A stretch of DNA of 64,000 bases from an uncultured Candidatus Saccharibacteria bacterium (GCA_964592525.1 CAZQFB010000003.1:19043-83042); one strand, 5' to 3'. Shown: positions 1 through 10,107, counted from the stretch's first letter. Numbers and translations: made by a program. Notes: a model not told the origin generated them from the sequence alone.

Positions 1-99
1 GACTAAAATAATTACCGAAAATAAAATGGCTAAGAATAAAGCAGCTCCCAAAAATACTACTACCTTGTCTTGGGGGTCGCCCGAGTTATTATTGTCGCC
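1..99 (-). CDS. partial ORF (N-terminal part of a small hydrophobic protein, continues past the window start); possible TTG start near 105
   Basis: Open frame on the minus strand from about 132 to 1, with a hydrophobic stretch (VVVFLGAALFLAILFSVIILV). No ATG. Weak. Confidence 0.2.
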
Positions 100-101
100 A
101 A

Positions 102-803
102 TCAATTGTAGACCTCTTCTTGATTCATAAGATTAATGACAATATTCAAATTGAAATAAGCATTTTGGAGCCTAGTCTTAAAATCATCATTGTGTTTGTT
201 TAAAAGTTCCCGCTGCAGGTTATGTAATTCTGCAGCACTGGAAACTAAAGTTTCTTCTAGCTGGGGGTTAGGCTCATTGGCTTGATCGTATTTTAGTTCC
301 AGCTGTTTTTCCGCAGCGACCAACCCATTTAAGATGTGGGTGTGTAATTGCTCGCGTTGTTTAGAGGCTAGAGTTTGTCTAAACGCCTGATTTTCCTGCC
401 AATGCTGTTGCAATTGAGTTTTAATTTCTGCTAGTGCGGTTTCGTTGGTGACTTGATTGATCAAGGTGTGATAGTTTGATAAGTTGGCTTGCAGTTGCTG
501 TATGTTTTCGGTGTGACTTGGTTCAGCATTATCAGCTAACAGCTTATAGTGAGCCTCCATTAAAGACAAAATCTGACTGACGTGTTCTTGTTGTTGGCTA
601 AGTGTGGGGTTAGTAGCTTGATTTTTAAGACTCTCTTGATAACTAGCCTCGGCGGCTTGTCTTTGTTGAAGCTTGTTTTGACTTGTGGTTAATAAGTTAG
701 ACACTTCATTGGCCAATACTTGGTTGATAATCAAACCAGCAAATAAATTGCTCATCAGCATCAGAAGAACCACTACAACCACAGTTATCTTTGGCGCGGT
801 CAT
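102..803 (-). CDS. hypothetical membrane-anchored Q-rich coiled-coil protein
   Basis: N-terminal TM helix (VVVVVLLMLMSNLFAGLII), followed by a long Q/L/E-rich heptad-like region. No recognisable catalytic motif. Confidence 0.45.
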   Translation of the reverse strand: MTAPKITVVVVVLLMLMSNLFAGLIINQVLANEVSNLLTTSQNKLQQRQAAEASYQESLKNQATNPTLSQQQEHVSQILSLMEAHYKLLADNAEPSHTENIQQLQANLSNYHTLINQVTNETALAEIKTQLQQHWQENQAFRQTLASKQREQLHTHILNGLVAAEKQLELKYDQANEPNPQLEETLVSSAAELHNLQRELLNKHNDDFKTRLQNAYFNLNIVINLMNQEEVYN

Positions 804-867
804 ATAACATAAATATAGTGGATATCTAAACTGTGGTCAATTTACCGCGACGAATATTTTTAATATA

Positions 868-1923
868 ATGGTGTTTATGCACCTGACAATTATTCGCCCC
901 AATCTGACTCTGCCAGGATTAACAAGCAAAGAAAAGATGCCCTTTCTACTCATCTTCGTTTTAGTTAGTGCTCTTTTGATTGAGTTCTTTTTTCTACTCT
1001 ATTCTTATTACTACCAGGCAAATAATAATTTGCCTTTGAGTTACCCACAGCAGGAAATACTTGTCCAAGCAGAGGCTAGTCAAGCAGCGGTGTTAGGTAA
1101 TAATGTTGATGACTTGTCTGCTCACAGTGGTTATTTTAGTGTCTTGCTAGCGGGTATTGATCGTCGCCACCGCTGGGACGAATCTTTTCGTTCTGACATT
1201 AATTTAATTGCCACCTTTACTCCCGATAGAAAAAAGGTGCTGTTAACTTCTATTCCGCGTGATTTGTGGATAGATAATTCAAGAATCAACGCCTTTATCA
1301 CCAGCGAGGGAATTGAAGCGCTGCAGGAAAAAGTTTCACAAGTTACCGGTTTGACTATTAATCGTTATATACAAATTGATTTTGATGCTTTGGTTGAAGG
1401 GGTTAATGCTTTGGGTGGGGTAGCTGTGGAAGTGCAACGCACTTTTACGGATTTTAACTACCCCAACGACCGCTCCGGTAAAGAGGAATTAATCACCGTG
1501 ACATTTGAGGAGGGTGTTCAGCACATGGATGGGGAAACCGCTCTTATTTTTTCCCGCTCTCGGAAAGGTGACAATGGTGAGGGTTCTGACTTTGCACGCA
1601 TGTTAAGGCAACAGCAAGTATTAAAGGCAATGCCTAAAGCTTTCTTTTCTCCCCAGTGCCTCTTTAATCCATTTGTGTTACATAACTTTTACACAGCGGT
1701 CACTGGGCAAATGAAAACCGATTTTAGTTTGCAGGATGTTTCTCTGGCCTATGATTTACTAGTTAATCACCAAGAGGTTACGGTTGAACATTTTGTGATT
1801 GATCATGATCTTTTATACCAACCACCACCTGCTGATTATGGTGGTGCTTATGTCTTAAGACCCAAGGATGAAAATTTTAATCAAATTAAGGAGCTTATTA
1901 AATTAAAGCTCGCAAGTTTTTAA
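868..1923 (+). CDS. LytR-CpsA-Psr (LCP) family cell-envelope polymer transferase
   Basis: N-terminal TM, then the LCP core (SVLLAGIDRR...DINLIATFTPDRKKVLLTSIPRDLWID...ALVEGVNALGGV). Confidence 0.75.
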   Translation: MVFMHLTIIRPNLTLPGLTSKEKMPFLLIFVLVSALLIEFFFLLYSYYYQANNNLPLSYPQQEILVQAEASQAAVLGNNVDDLSAHSGYFSVLLAGIDRRHRWDESFRSDINLIATFTPDRKKVLLTSIPRDLWIDNSRINAFITSEGIEALQEKVSQVTGLTINRYIQIDFDALVEGVNALGGVAVEVQRTFTDFNYPNDRSGKEELITVTFEEGVQHMDGETALIFSRSRKGDNGEGSDFARMLRQQQVLKAMPKAFFSPQCLFNPFVLHNFYTAVTGQMKTDFSLQDVSLAYDLLVNHQEVTVEHFVIDHDLLYQPPPADYGGAYVLRPKDENFNQIKELIKLKLASF

Positions 1924-2542
1924 TTTTTTTTTCCTCACCCACAGTAGTATTTGGACCGTGTCCCGGAAATAGTATGGTTGTGTCTGGCCAGGTCATAACT
2001 TTGGCAATGGATTTTAACAACTGTTCGTGGTCACTGTAAGAAAAATCGGTTCGCCCCATACCACCCCCCCAAAACAGCAAATCACCGACAAAAGCCCAAG
2101 CGTAATCAGGCACATAGAGGCTAATACTACCTGGCGTATGCCCCGGTGTAGGTACTACTTGTAGCTGATAAGATGCTAGCGGAAAGGTTGCATTGTCACT
2201 AAGGTAACCATTTGCTTTTGGGGCTAGCGCGTCCAGGTTACCGGTAAAATACTGGGCTGAATTTTTGGCTTGGTTTAACAGAAACACATCTTTTTTTGAG
2301 ATATAGAAGGGAATGTTGTAGGTTAACTGGAGCTGTGTCACTCCCAGGACATGGTCAAAGTGACCGTGGGTGGCTATGATTGCCTGTGGTGATAATTGAT
2401 TTTCAGCAATAATCTCCATCACATAATCCGCATCATCACCAGGATCAATAATGACAGTGTCTAAACTACTTGAAGCAGTGAGCAGATAACAGTTGGTATT
2501 TAATTTTCCCAGTACTAGCGTTCGCAGATCAAGGTTGTTCAT
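1898..2542 (-). CDS. MBL-fold metallo-hydrolase (glyoxalase II-like)
   Basis: HxHxDH motif (ATHGHFDHVLG) and downstream His/Asp ligands (PGHTPGS, HGP). 214 aa. Confidence 0.75.
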   Translation of the reverse strand: MNNLDLRTLVLGKLNTNCYLLTASSSLDTVIIDPGDDADYVMEIIAENQLSPQAIIATHGHFDHVLGVTQLQLTYNIPFYISKKDVFLLNQAKNSAQYFTGNLDALAPKANGYLSDNATFPLASYQLQVVPTPGHTPGSISLYVPDYAWAFVGDLLFWGGGMGRTDFSYSDHEQLLKSIAKVMTWPDTTILFPGHGPNTTVGEEKKIKNLRALI

Positions 2543-2620
2543 TAGCTTATCTTAACTCATGAATTGACAGGAGGACACTCTACAATTACGATTAAGTCAG
2601 TATTAACAAAAGGAGCTATC

Positions 2621-3262
2621 ATGAAAACACTGTCCGAAAAAATACAAGCTGCTCTGATTGCGGGGTTAGCGGGGGGTGCCTTATCTTCAATCGTCTTAGC
2701 CTTTAACGATCAGATCACCAAACTATCCCTATTACTTGGCTCAAGTAACATCTACTTGGGTATTGTTCTGCATTTAGTATTGATGGCGTTGTTAGCCATA
2801 TTATTTACTTTATTTAGTGGTCGCTTATTAAAAGATTTGAAGTCGGGGTTGCTTTTTGGTTTGGTGTTAGGTCTGCTTTGGTGGTTGGTGGGTGATCTCT
2901 TGCTCATACCTTTTTTCAAAAGTGGTGCCATTTCTTTTAATTTATTAGCTAATCCGATGTCTTTACTAGCTGATCTGATATTCGGTTTGGTTTATGGGGT
3001 CGTTTTTGTGGGTATGACCGCCGAGGAAAATAATACCCCCCCAGCTTCTGAAACAGTACCATTGTCGCAAGCAAAGGAGACGGAGAACACAGAATCCTTT
3101 GCGGAGGGTATTAGCTCTGATAGCTCTGCACAAACAGAGGAGACGCCACTAGTGGAAGAGATGAGCGAACCAGTACCTGAAACTGTAAGCGAGTCTACCA
3201 GGACATTAGAAGATGTTAACGCCGAAAGTCAAGAAGTAGATAACAATAATAACAACTGGTAG
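2621..3262 (+). CDS. hypothetical multi-TM membrane protein with acidic S/E/T-rich C-terminal tail
   Basis: ATG at 2621 preceded by AAAGGAG. About 4 TM helices, then a low-complexity acidic tail (ENTESFAEGISSDSSAQTEETPLVEEMSEPVPE). Confidence 0.5.
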   Translation: MKTLSEKIQAALIAGLAGGALSSIVLAFNDQITKLSLLLGSSNIYLGIVLHLVLMALLAILFTLFSGRLLKDLKSGLLFGLVLGLLWWLVGDLLLIPFFKSGAISFNLLANPMSLLADLIFGLVYGVVFVGMTAEENNTPPASETVPLSQAKETENTESFAEGISSDSSAQTEETPLVEEMSEPVPETVSESTRTLEDVNAESQEVDNNNNNW

Positions 3263-3346
3263 CCACCAATTTTAAGAATCTGCTGTTTATCTCTGCTCAC
3301 CCGAGTTAGTTTTTCGTAAAGGTAATTTAGTGCTAAGCTTAATGCT

Positions 3347-3748
3347 GTGAAGGGTTTAATTCGTGATTTTTCTATTTTCCTACTTATTTTTTATTTTTTA
3401 GCTCGGAGTATTAGCGGCTTTAGTTATGGTAATGATCTTAAAACCTTAGCGCTTGGGGTGGCTGTCTTTTTGTTACTAGATATTATCGCTAAACCTTTTA
3501 TCAAAGTGGTGTTTTTGCCAGTAAATATTATCACCTTGGGTCTTTTTAGCTGGCTGATTAATGTCATTATTTTGTATCTGACTGTTAAATTGGTTACAGG
3601 CTTGACGGTTGCTCCTTTTTGGTTTTCTGGGTATTCTGGTTTAGGAATTTATGTGGCTGCTAGAGACATCTCTCTCTTTGGTGCTTATATTGTGGTATCC
3701 TTCGCCATAAGCATCTTAGAAAAGTTTATTTATTGGATTATAGACTAA
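3347..3748 (+). CDS. YvlD / phage_holin_4_2 family small membrane protein (paralog 1)
   Basis: Pattern IAKPFIKVVFLPVNIITLGLFSWLINVIILYLTVKLVTGLTV resembles the B. subtilis YvlD family. Paralog of the ORF at 21888..22232. Confidence 0.5.
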   Translation: MKGLIRDFSIFLLIFYFLARSISGFSYGNDLKTLALGVAVFLLLDIIAKPFIKVVFLPVNIITLGLFSWLINVIILYLTVKLVTGLTVAPFWFSGYSGLGIYVAARDISLFGAYIVVSFAISILEKFIYWIID

Positions 3749-3963
3749 TGTATTTAGAGATAGCACAACTAATAATAAGTATTCTGCTCATTTTAGTGGT
3801 CTTGCTTCAAGGCCGGGGAACAGGTTTATCAGGATCGGCCTTTGGTGGTTCTGGTACGGCTATTTACCGTTCTAAAAGAGGTCTGGAAAAATATTTATTC
3901 TTTTTTACGATTATGCTAAGCCTACTGTTAATAGCTTTGTCTATTTACAGTCTGGCGGTATAA
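3733..3963 (+). CDS. secG: preprotein translocase subunit SecG
   Basis: 76 aa. LLQGRGTGLSGSAFGGSGTAIYRSKRGLEKYL matches the SecG signature (LLQ.GKG.GLS..FGGG...TKRG.EK.L) with two TM helices. Confidence 0.75.
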   Translation: MDYRLMYLEIAQLIISILLILVVLLQGRGTGLSGSAFGGSGTAIYRSKRGLEKYLFFFTIMLSLLLIALSIYSLAV

Positions 3964-3968
3964 CTTCA

Positions 3969-5432
3969 ATGAAGTCAAAATTACTTATTCCTTTAATTAT
4001 TTTACTTCTGCCCATCACTGGTATTATCTTTATTGATCGTTTTTATAGTCAGCTCCCGCGCGATACCATTACCGAAGGGATTGTTGGTCAACCCAGAAAT
4101 ATCCATCCTTTGTTAATGCAGAAAAATCCAGTGGACATAGATTTAGTTAATTTAATTTATGGTTCTTTGTTGAAATATAACTTAGCTGGTGAGTTAGTCA
4201 CCGATTTGGCTCATTCTTGGGAAGTGTCGGCTGATGGTCTGGTTTATAAAGTCAGGTTGCGTGATAATGTTTGGTGGCATGATGGGCAAAAGTTTACGGC
4301 GGATGATGTTATTTTTACAGCTACCAGACACGAGGCGCTAAGACAGGTTGAGGTGGTGAAGCTTGATGATTATACATTGGAAATTAAGCTATCTGAAGTT
4401 TATGCCCCCTTTCCTGATTTATTAACTATACCAATTGCTCCCGAACACATTTCTTTGGAAGAAGATCCCTTGCTGGGTGTTGGTACTGGGCCTTTTATGA
4501 TTAGTTACATTAATCCCGCCCCTAACTTTATTGAAGGTATTACGCTAGTAAGGGTGAATAAGGCTAAGGATGGTCGGATTAATAACCTAAATCTAAAGTT
4601 TTTTAATGATCGAGATGAATTGGAGCGTGCAATTCAACTAGGTGAGATAGACCTTTATGCGGGTGAGCCTTTTGAATGGAAAGGTTTTCGCACCGAAGTG
4701 GCTTCTTTAAAGGGAGTTCAGTATGCCATTTATCTTAATGTTAACCGGGAAGGTTTATTAGCGGATATTGATTTTAGAAAAGCTTTAGCGCAAAGTACCC
4801 CCAAGGGTGTGTTAGCCACACAGGTATTAAATAATCGCTACACTGTGATTGATGGTCCGATTCACGATTCTTGGGCAACTAATCGTGCTTTAGATAAATA
4901 TTATTTTGATTCAGATGTGGAGCCCCAATATGAAGGTGAATTAACCCTTGTCATTCCACGCACTAAGGATAACCAAGCAGTGTCTAAAGTACTGCAGGAG
5001 TCTTGGAGTCGCTTGGGAGTAGACATTACGATTAAGGTTGTCGAGCCTAGTGACCTTGAGGAAAAAGTCTTTAAAACCAGAGATTTTGATTTATTGCTCC
5101 TGGGACGTGAGGTGGGTCATGACCCAGACCGATATTCTTATTGGCATTCAACGCAAATAGATTATCCCGGCTTAAACATTACCGGTTATAAGCAAGTCAG
5201 GGTTGATAAGGCTCTGGAAAAAGGCAGACAGGTGTTGTCAGCGGAGGATCGTCAAGAGCATTATGATTTGTTTCAGGAAATGATTTTTGAAGATGTACCC
5301 GCTATTTATTTATATCAACCCCGTTATTATTTAACCTTGCGTAATAATATTCAAGAGGTGCAGTTGTATGATGTTTTCACTGCCAGTGATCGGTATAAAT
5401 CCTTAGACCAGTGGAGAATTATCTTTAAATAG
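3969..5432 (+). CDS. extracellular solute-binding protein family 5 (Dpp/Opp-like ABC substrate-binding protein)
   Basis: N-terminal signal/TM, then an SBP_bac_5-like core (YKVRLRDNVWWHDGQKFTADDVIFT...). No cognate permease or ATPase genes adjacent. Confidence 0.65.
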   Translation: MKSKLLIPLIILLLPITGIIFIDRFYSQLPRDTITEGIVGQPRNIHPLLMQKNPVDIDLVNLIYGSLLKYNLAGELVTDLAHSWEVSADGLVYKVRLRDNVWWHDGQKFTADDVIFTATRHEALRQVEVVKLDDYTLEIKLSEVYAPFPDLLTIPIAPEHISLEEDPLLGVGTGPFMISYINPAPNFIEGITLVRVNKAKDGRINNLNLKFFNDRDELERAIQLGEIDLYAGEPFEWKGFRTEVASLKGVQYAIYLNVNREGLLADIDFRKALAQSTPKGVLATQVLNNRYTVIDGPIHDSWATNRALDKYYFDSDVEPQYEGELTLVIPRTKDNQAVSKVLQESWSRLGVDITIKVVEPSDLEEKVFKTRDFDLLLLGREVGHDPDRYSYWHSTQIDYPGLNITGYKQVRVDKALEKGRQVLSAEDRQEHYDLFQEMIFEDVPAIYLYQPRYYLTLRNNIQEVQLYDVFTASDRYKSLDQWRIIFK

Positions 5433-5459
5433 ATATCCCATTCATAGTATCATTAAGGT

Positions 5460-6197
5460 ATGTATCAGAGATTGGCGACCAAAGTATTTGCTACTCCGGT
5501 TTATGATTTGTTTCCTTTACCGGAAGTCATTCGCAAGTTTTTCCCCAGACATCAAGTTGTTCATTCAACCTGTTTTGGGGTGCGGCATTATACTATTACC
5601 CACAACCACCCCCAATTAACTAAAAAATGGTCTAAAGAAGTGTGGCAAATTTATTATTTACTTAAGTCTGATAATCAGGCTGAATTGGCGACAGTGTTAG
5701 CAGGCAAAAATTATAAGAAAGATATCCGTAAGGTCTTATCTCGCTATTATGCTGATGGATACGGCGATGATGAGAGCCTGAAATTGATAGCGATTGGTAT
5801 GTGGGTTTTTAAAAATGCTGATTCTTGGGCGGGATTCCTTCGGATTGCTAACAAAATACTCCGTGGTGGGCGACATGATGTAACCACCTTTCTACAAAAA
5901 GGCAGTCACCCTTGTTGCTTGGATGTTGCTTCTTTAACCCATGTCTTAGCAGCAGAGATGGGGGTAAAAGGAGAGATAAAGAGAAAAAGAGGACCTTACG
6001 GTCATCGCTATTGGCAGAGTGCTTCAGGCAAAGTGGTTGATGCTCGCTTTGGTGCTTGGCGAGGTGGGGTATTTAATAACCTGGCTCAATATGTGGAACT
6101 CACCAAGAACCGCTATTTAGTATATAAGGTTAAGAAATTAATTTTGTCTCAAGTTATGCCTTTGTTTAAAAATCTCCCCGAAAAATATAACCGTTAA
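5460..6197 (+). CDS. hypothetical protein, possible transglutaminase-like cysteine peptidase fold
   Basis: Cys...His...Asp arrangement (SHPCCLD ... GHRYWQS ... VVDARFG) reminiscent of transglutaminase-like cores. Weak. Confidence 0.35.
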   Translation: MYQRLATKVFATPVYDLFPLPEVIRKFFPRHQVVHSTCFGVRHYTITHNHPQLTKKWSKEVWQIYYLLKSDNQAELATVLAGKNYKKDIRKVLSRYYADGYGDDESLKLIAIGMWVFKNADSWAGFLRIANKILRGGRHDVTTFLQKGSHPCCLDVASLTHVLAAEMGVKGEIKRKRGPYGHRYWQSASGKVVDARFGAWRGGVFNNLAQYVELTKNRYLVYKVKKLILSQVMPLFKNLPEKYNR

Positions 6198-6223
6198 CTT
6201 TTACTTACTGGTATCATCATAGT

Positions 6224-7327
6224 ATGCCCAGACAGTACTGGTTATTGGTTCTCGTTTTATTTATTCTCGCGGTATATTTAGTAGTGAGGGGTGACTATTT
6301 AGACGGTGTAACTGATCATCAATCAGTGGAATATGGTTTATCTACTCCCATTCCTACCTTTAGTGCAAACCCGCTGTTCCCTAAAGTGCCCGCAAATAAA
6401 TTAGATTTATCGCTGTTACTGGATCAGGACGTAACATGGCTAAATAAATATGATAGTAGCAAAATCATCACTCTAACTTCTGGTGGGGATGTGATACCTG
6501 CTCGATCAGGTAATGCTGCGGCAGTTAAACATAATGACTTTCACTATTCTTACCAAGAGATCGCTCCTTATTTTAAAGCAGCTGATTTGGCTTTGATAAA
6601 TTTTGAAACACCTCTAGTCGCCAACTGCCCGACGACTCTAGAAGGCATGATATTTTGTGGTGATGAGCGTCAGCTTGAGGGTTTGGCATCTATGGGTTTG
6701 GATGTGGTGTCTCTGGCTAATAATCATGCTGGTAACTGGGGTATCTCGGGTATTGAGAATACTGTTCGGTTATTTAACAGTGCGGGAGCGGATGTTGTGG
6801 GATTGGGAGCAGCAGTTATTAAAAGGGTAAATGATACAAGCTTTGGCTTTTTAGCTTACAACGACATCCCTGGTGGAATACCACCCATTGCGGAAGCGCA
6901 AACAGAAATAATTGAAAGTGATATCAAATCTCTTTCAGAACAGGTTGATGTGGTGGTGGTGATGTTTCATTGGGGTAATGAATATACCCGTCAGCCCAAC
7001 ACGCGTCAGAAAGAGCTGGCTTATACGGCGGTAGATAGCGGGGCGGATTTAATTATTGGCAACCACCCCCACTGGCTACAAAGTATGGAGATATACCAAA
7101 ACAAATTAATCTCTTATGCTTGGGGTAACCTGGTATTTGATCAGATGTGGAGTGAGGAAACCAAAATTGGCTTGCTTGCCCAATATTATTTTTATGAAGA
7201 TAAGTTGGTGGATATATTTTTAGTACCCATTTATATGGCGGATTATGGCAAGCCGATTGTTGTTGAAGACGAAGCCTTAAAACAAAATATTTTGGATAGG
7301 GTTAGAAATTCTAGTCTTTTACCTTAG
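6224..7327 (+). CDS. CapA/PgsA-family metallophosphatase (PGA_cap, capsule/poly-gamma-glutamate biosynthesis-like)
   Basis: Signal/TM, then PGA_cap motifs (FETPL, VVSLANNHAGNWG, VVVMFHWGNEYTRQP, IGNHPHWLQ). Confidence 0.7.
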   Translation: MPRQYWLLVLVLFILAVYLVVRGDYLDGVTDHQSVEYGLSTPIPTFSANPLFPKVPANKLDLSLLLDQDVTWLNKYDSSKIITLTSGGDVIPARSGNAAAVKHNDFHYSYQEIAPYFKAADLALINFETPLVANCPTTLEGMIFCGDERQLEGLASMGLDVVSLANNHAGNWGISGIENTVRLFNSAGADVVGLGAAVIKRVNDTSFGFLAYNDIPGGIPPIAEAQTEIIESDIKSLSEQVDVVVVMFHWGNEYTRQPNTRQKELAYTAVDSGADLIIGNHPHWLQSMEIYQNKLISYAWGNLVFDQMWSEETKIGLLAQYYFYEDKLVDIFLVPIYMADYGKPIVVEDEALKQNILDRVRNSSLLP

Positions 7328-8584
7328 GAATTGTAGGTCCTTTAGATCCCATAATTTGGTTTGGTCTTGGTCAATATTAGTAGGAGTGGTATTCCATAAC
7401 CAAGTTTGCCAAGAGAAAGCCCCCTTAACGTGAACGTAAATACTGAAGCCAACAATTACAATAAATATACCTAATAATATTTTACGGTGGGTAATCAATT
7501 TCAGCGTTGGCGTTAAAAAGTAGATAAATATTGGAGTTAACTCTGCTAAATACCTATTACCGTAGCTATGTCCGCCCCACCAAGCGGGAAACATAGACAC
7601 AGCGAGGTATTGGCTTACAATCATTAAAAAGAGCAAGGTATCAAAAAGAGTGAAGCGATTACGGTTTAATTTAATGCCAATTCCCCAAAAAGAGAAGATA
7701 AAGAGGGGATTAAACACAAAAAGTCCACGGGCAGGACTAAAAAGGTTACCTGTTAGGGCTGTGGTGAGTTGGGGGTGGAAACTGATTCGTTGTAGAAGGT
7801 AATAGTTGGGGAATAGTTGTTCATATTGTATATGGTTTATGAGGAGAAAAGGAATAAGAGTTAAAGCTATCCAAAAGAGATAATAAACTAAATACGAGCG
7901 GTATTTGATCAGTACCAGCAGCGTAAAAAGTACTAAGGCGATAAAACCAGTGGGTCTGATTAGGCACCAATACGCTAGCGGGAGCGCGCTAAATTGTATA
8001 ACCCACGGGTGTTTTAGCGCTAGTAGCTGAAAATAAATAACCATACTAAGCATGAGCATGACCGAACCGTGTGGCCACAAACCACGGCTACTTAAAGATA
8101 AAGCGGCTGTAGCCAAGGCGTAAAATAAAGTTAGAAAGAGAGCTTTAGGTAGTTTTAGTTTCCGGCGCAGGAACAGAAAGACAAAGGCAACGGAAAGGGC
8201 AGTAATAATTGAGGCTAAAAGTCGTTCAATATCCCAAATAACTAGATCTGGTTGGTTGTGTTTGGCTAGAGAGTATAAATTTACACCTTGGCTTGAATAG
8301 TAATAATTTATTACCGCTAAAAAGGGGGTGGTTAAATAGACAGTCCCTGCTGGGAAATAGGAATATAGGTGACCCTTGACCTTTTCGACTCGATAATCGT
8401 TGGGGGGAATGACGCTTTTATATTCATCCAAGTTGTTATCGCCGTTTTCAATTATGCTAAGACCTTGATGGATAAACCATCTAGAATCAAAGGAGGTGGT
8501 GTTTGGCGCCTTGACATATATAAGTAAGGAGCAGCAAAATAATATAATCGCCAGACTAGCATTACTTAAAGATTTAATCGTCAT
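7319..8584 (-). CDS. polytopic integral membrane protein (GT-C-like or O-antigen-polymerase-like; function unknown)
   Basis: 421 aa with more than 10 predicted TM helices and no soluble domain. No diagnostic motif recognised. Confidence 0.45.
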   Translation of the reverse strand: MTIKSLSNASLAIILFCCSLLIYVKAPNTTSFDSRWFIHQGLSIIENGDNNLDEYKSVIPPNDYRVEKVKGHLYSYFPAGTVYLTTPFLAVINYYYSSQGVNLYSLAKHNQPDLVIWDIERLLASIITALSVAFVFLFLRRKLKLPKALFLTLFYALATAALSLSSRGLWPHGSVMLMLSMVIYFQLLALKHPWVIQFSALPLAYWCLIRPTGFIALVLFTLLVLIKYRSYLVYYLFWIALTLIPFLLINHIQYEQLFPNYYLLQRISFHPQLTTALTGNLFSPARGLFVFNPLFIFSFWGIGIKLNRNRFTLFDTLLFLMIVSQYLAVSMFPAWWGGHSYGNRYLAELTPIFIYFLTPTLKLITHRKILLGIFIVIVGFSIYVHVKGAFSWQTWLWNTTPTNIDQDQTKLWDLKDLQFLR

Positions 8585-8768
8585 TAGTTAAAGTGTATCT
8601 ATATCTTACACATTTGAAACGAAATGAGAAAAATGGTAAGACAATACCAGTCAGTTAAAGCTAGTATCTAATGCCGACCCTAGTCAAATTAAGCCAGCAC
8701 TTTAAAACAAAGTGCTGGGCAATTGGATAGGAAGTTTGTGATCTGGAAGTTATTTGAACATATAGGAT

Positions 8769-8846
8769 GGTGACGGTAGCTCAATTGGTTAGAGCGTCCG
8801 CCTGTGGAGCGGAAGGTTGCGGGTTCAATTCCCGTTCGTCACCCCA
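8769..8846 (+). tRNA. tRNA-His (anticodon GTG), with G-1 and encoded CCA
   Basis: Cloverleaf GGTGACGG/..TCGTCAC. Anticodon loop CTGTGGA. The extra 5' G pairs with C73, which is characteristic of tRNA-His. CCA is encoded. Confidence 0.85.
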
Positions 8847-8907
8847 ATATCACTGTGGTGCAAATAAGAGCTCCTGTTTCTTGTTTCGCTGAAACTGTTA
8901 TGTTATT

Positions 8908-9204
8908 ATGCTGCCCAGTAATCCTATAGCCCGAGAGGGGGAAACGGTGTTTCTGATACTTCTGGTGCTGCTTGTCGTCTGTTTTATCTTGATAGGGATG
9001 ACTAATATAGGGCTGGTTGATCGAGGTCATGCCCAGTGGGGTAGAGAAATAGCCATCGCTTTTCTTTGCTTCATCATCGGGTCGCTAGTGACCTTCGTTT
9101 ACTCGTCAGCGCAAGCAACCGTAAGGTTTGGTGGTGAGCATCTTGTGCTCCTGATTGTGGCTTTGTTTGCCCTAGGATACTATTGGTTGGAGGATTACCT
9201 TTAG
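8908..9204 (+). CDS. hypothetical small membrane protein (3 TM)
   Basis: ORF with three hydrophobic helices, followed by a GC-rich hairpin (9218-9250). No homolog recognised. Confidence 0.35.
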   Translation: MLPSNPIAREGETVFLILLVLLVVCFILIGMTNIGLVDRGHAQWGREIAIAFLCFIIGSLVTFVYSSAQATVRFGGEHLVLLIVALFALGYYWLEDYL

Positions 9205-9416
9205 CCTTTGAGTTTGCGGGTGGGGTGGTTGCTAGCCAACCCCACCCCTAGTTTTGGTATACATAATTTAATTAATCTCACTTGTAGCTAATAACTTTTA
9301 ATGGAAAAGATGATTATCCTTGCGATAAAGGCTGATTGAGATTGCTTTACCTGGTAAGACTAAATTAAAGAAGGCACCCCACCGAGGTAGGGTGCATTTA
9401 CTACCTAGTGGGGTTG

Positions 9417-9830
9417 TCAAAACACAGCCATTATTTCACCGGCTATCATTAGTAGAAAACCTACTACTAAGACAGCAGTACCAAGCATCATTGCGTTGGC
9501 AAGGATGAAAAGTAGTGTGGTAGGTACTAGGAAAATTACGTGCATCAGGTAGTGTGCTGGTGAATTACTTCCATCATAGCAGGAGCAGGGATGCGCACCT
9601 AGAGTGAAGACGTACCTGATATTGTGATTTATGATTCTCCAGCATCTAAAGTAGTCCGCCCAGAAACCTTTGCCATAAGCACTATACCCACCACCCCCAT
9701 TTCCACTAACACCGTCTACATAATATTCTCCAGTACCCTCGTGGACAGACCTATTGCAGCATTCTCTGCAAAATTCTTCGCATCGGTCACGATTAGAGCT
9801 ACTCGTTCTCCAACCACCTCCATCTGGCAT
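9417..9830 (-). CDS. hypothetical Cys/Gly-rich protein with C-terminal TM anchor
   Basis: N-terminal soluble part with 11 Cys (CEEFCRECCNRS...FRCW...HPCSCYDG) and a G-rich stretch. C-terminal 2 TM. No family recognised. May be spurious. Confidence 0.3.
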   Translation of the reverse strand: MPDGGGWRTSSSNRDRCEEFCRECCNRSVHEGTGEYYVDGVSGNGGGGYSAYGKGFWADYFRCWRIINHNIRYVFTLGAHPCSCYDGSNSPAHYLMHVIFLVPTTLLFILANAMMLGTAVLVVGFLLMIAGEIMAVF

Positions 9831-10107
9831 TTCTTAATCCCTTTCTGTTAGTGCTTATAGGGACTTCATAGTCATTGATTATACAATTTATTCTTGCAAG
9901 TATTCCACTTACCTATTAGTACGGTCGCATTTAGATTGGCATGAAATAAATGCTAATAATTATTTTCACACCGAGATAGTTATTTAATCCACCCTTGATG
10001 GTATCAGTACAATTAAATTGTGATTGTAGGTATTATTTTGCTTAGTTCATATCTTATGCGATGGTTTTGAGGGGTTAAGCAGGGGTGGTGGAGAACACTA
10101 CCCCTGC

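Noticed and set aside
8839-9030. 63-aa minus-strand ORF
   Set aside because: It starts inside and antisense to tRNA-His and overlaps the plus-strand membrane ORF. No features.
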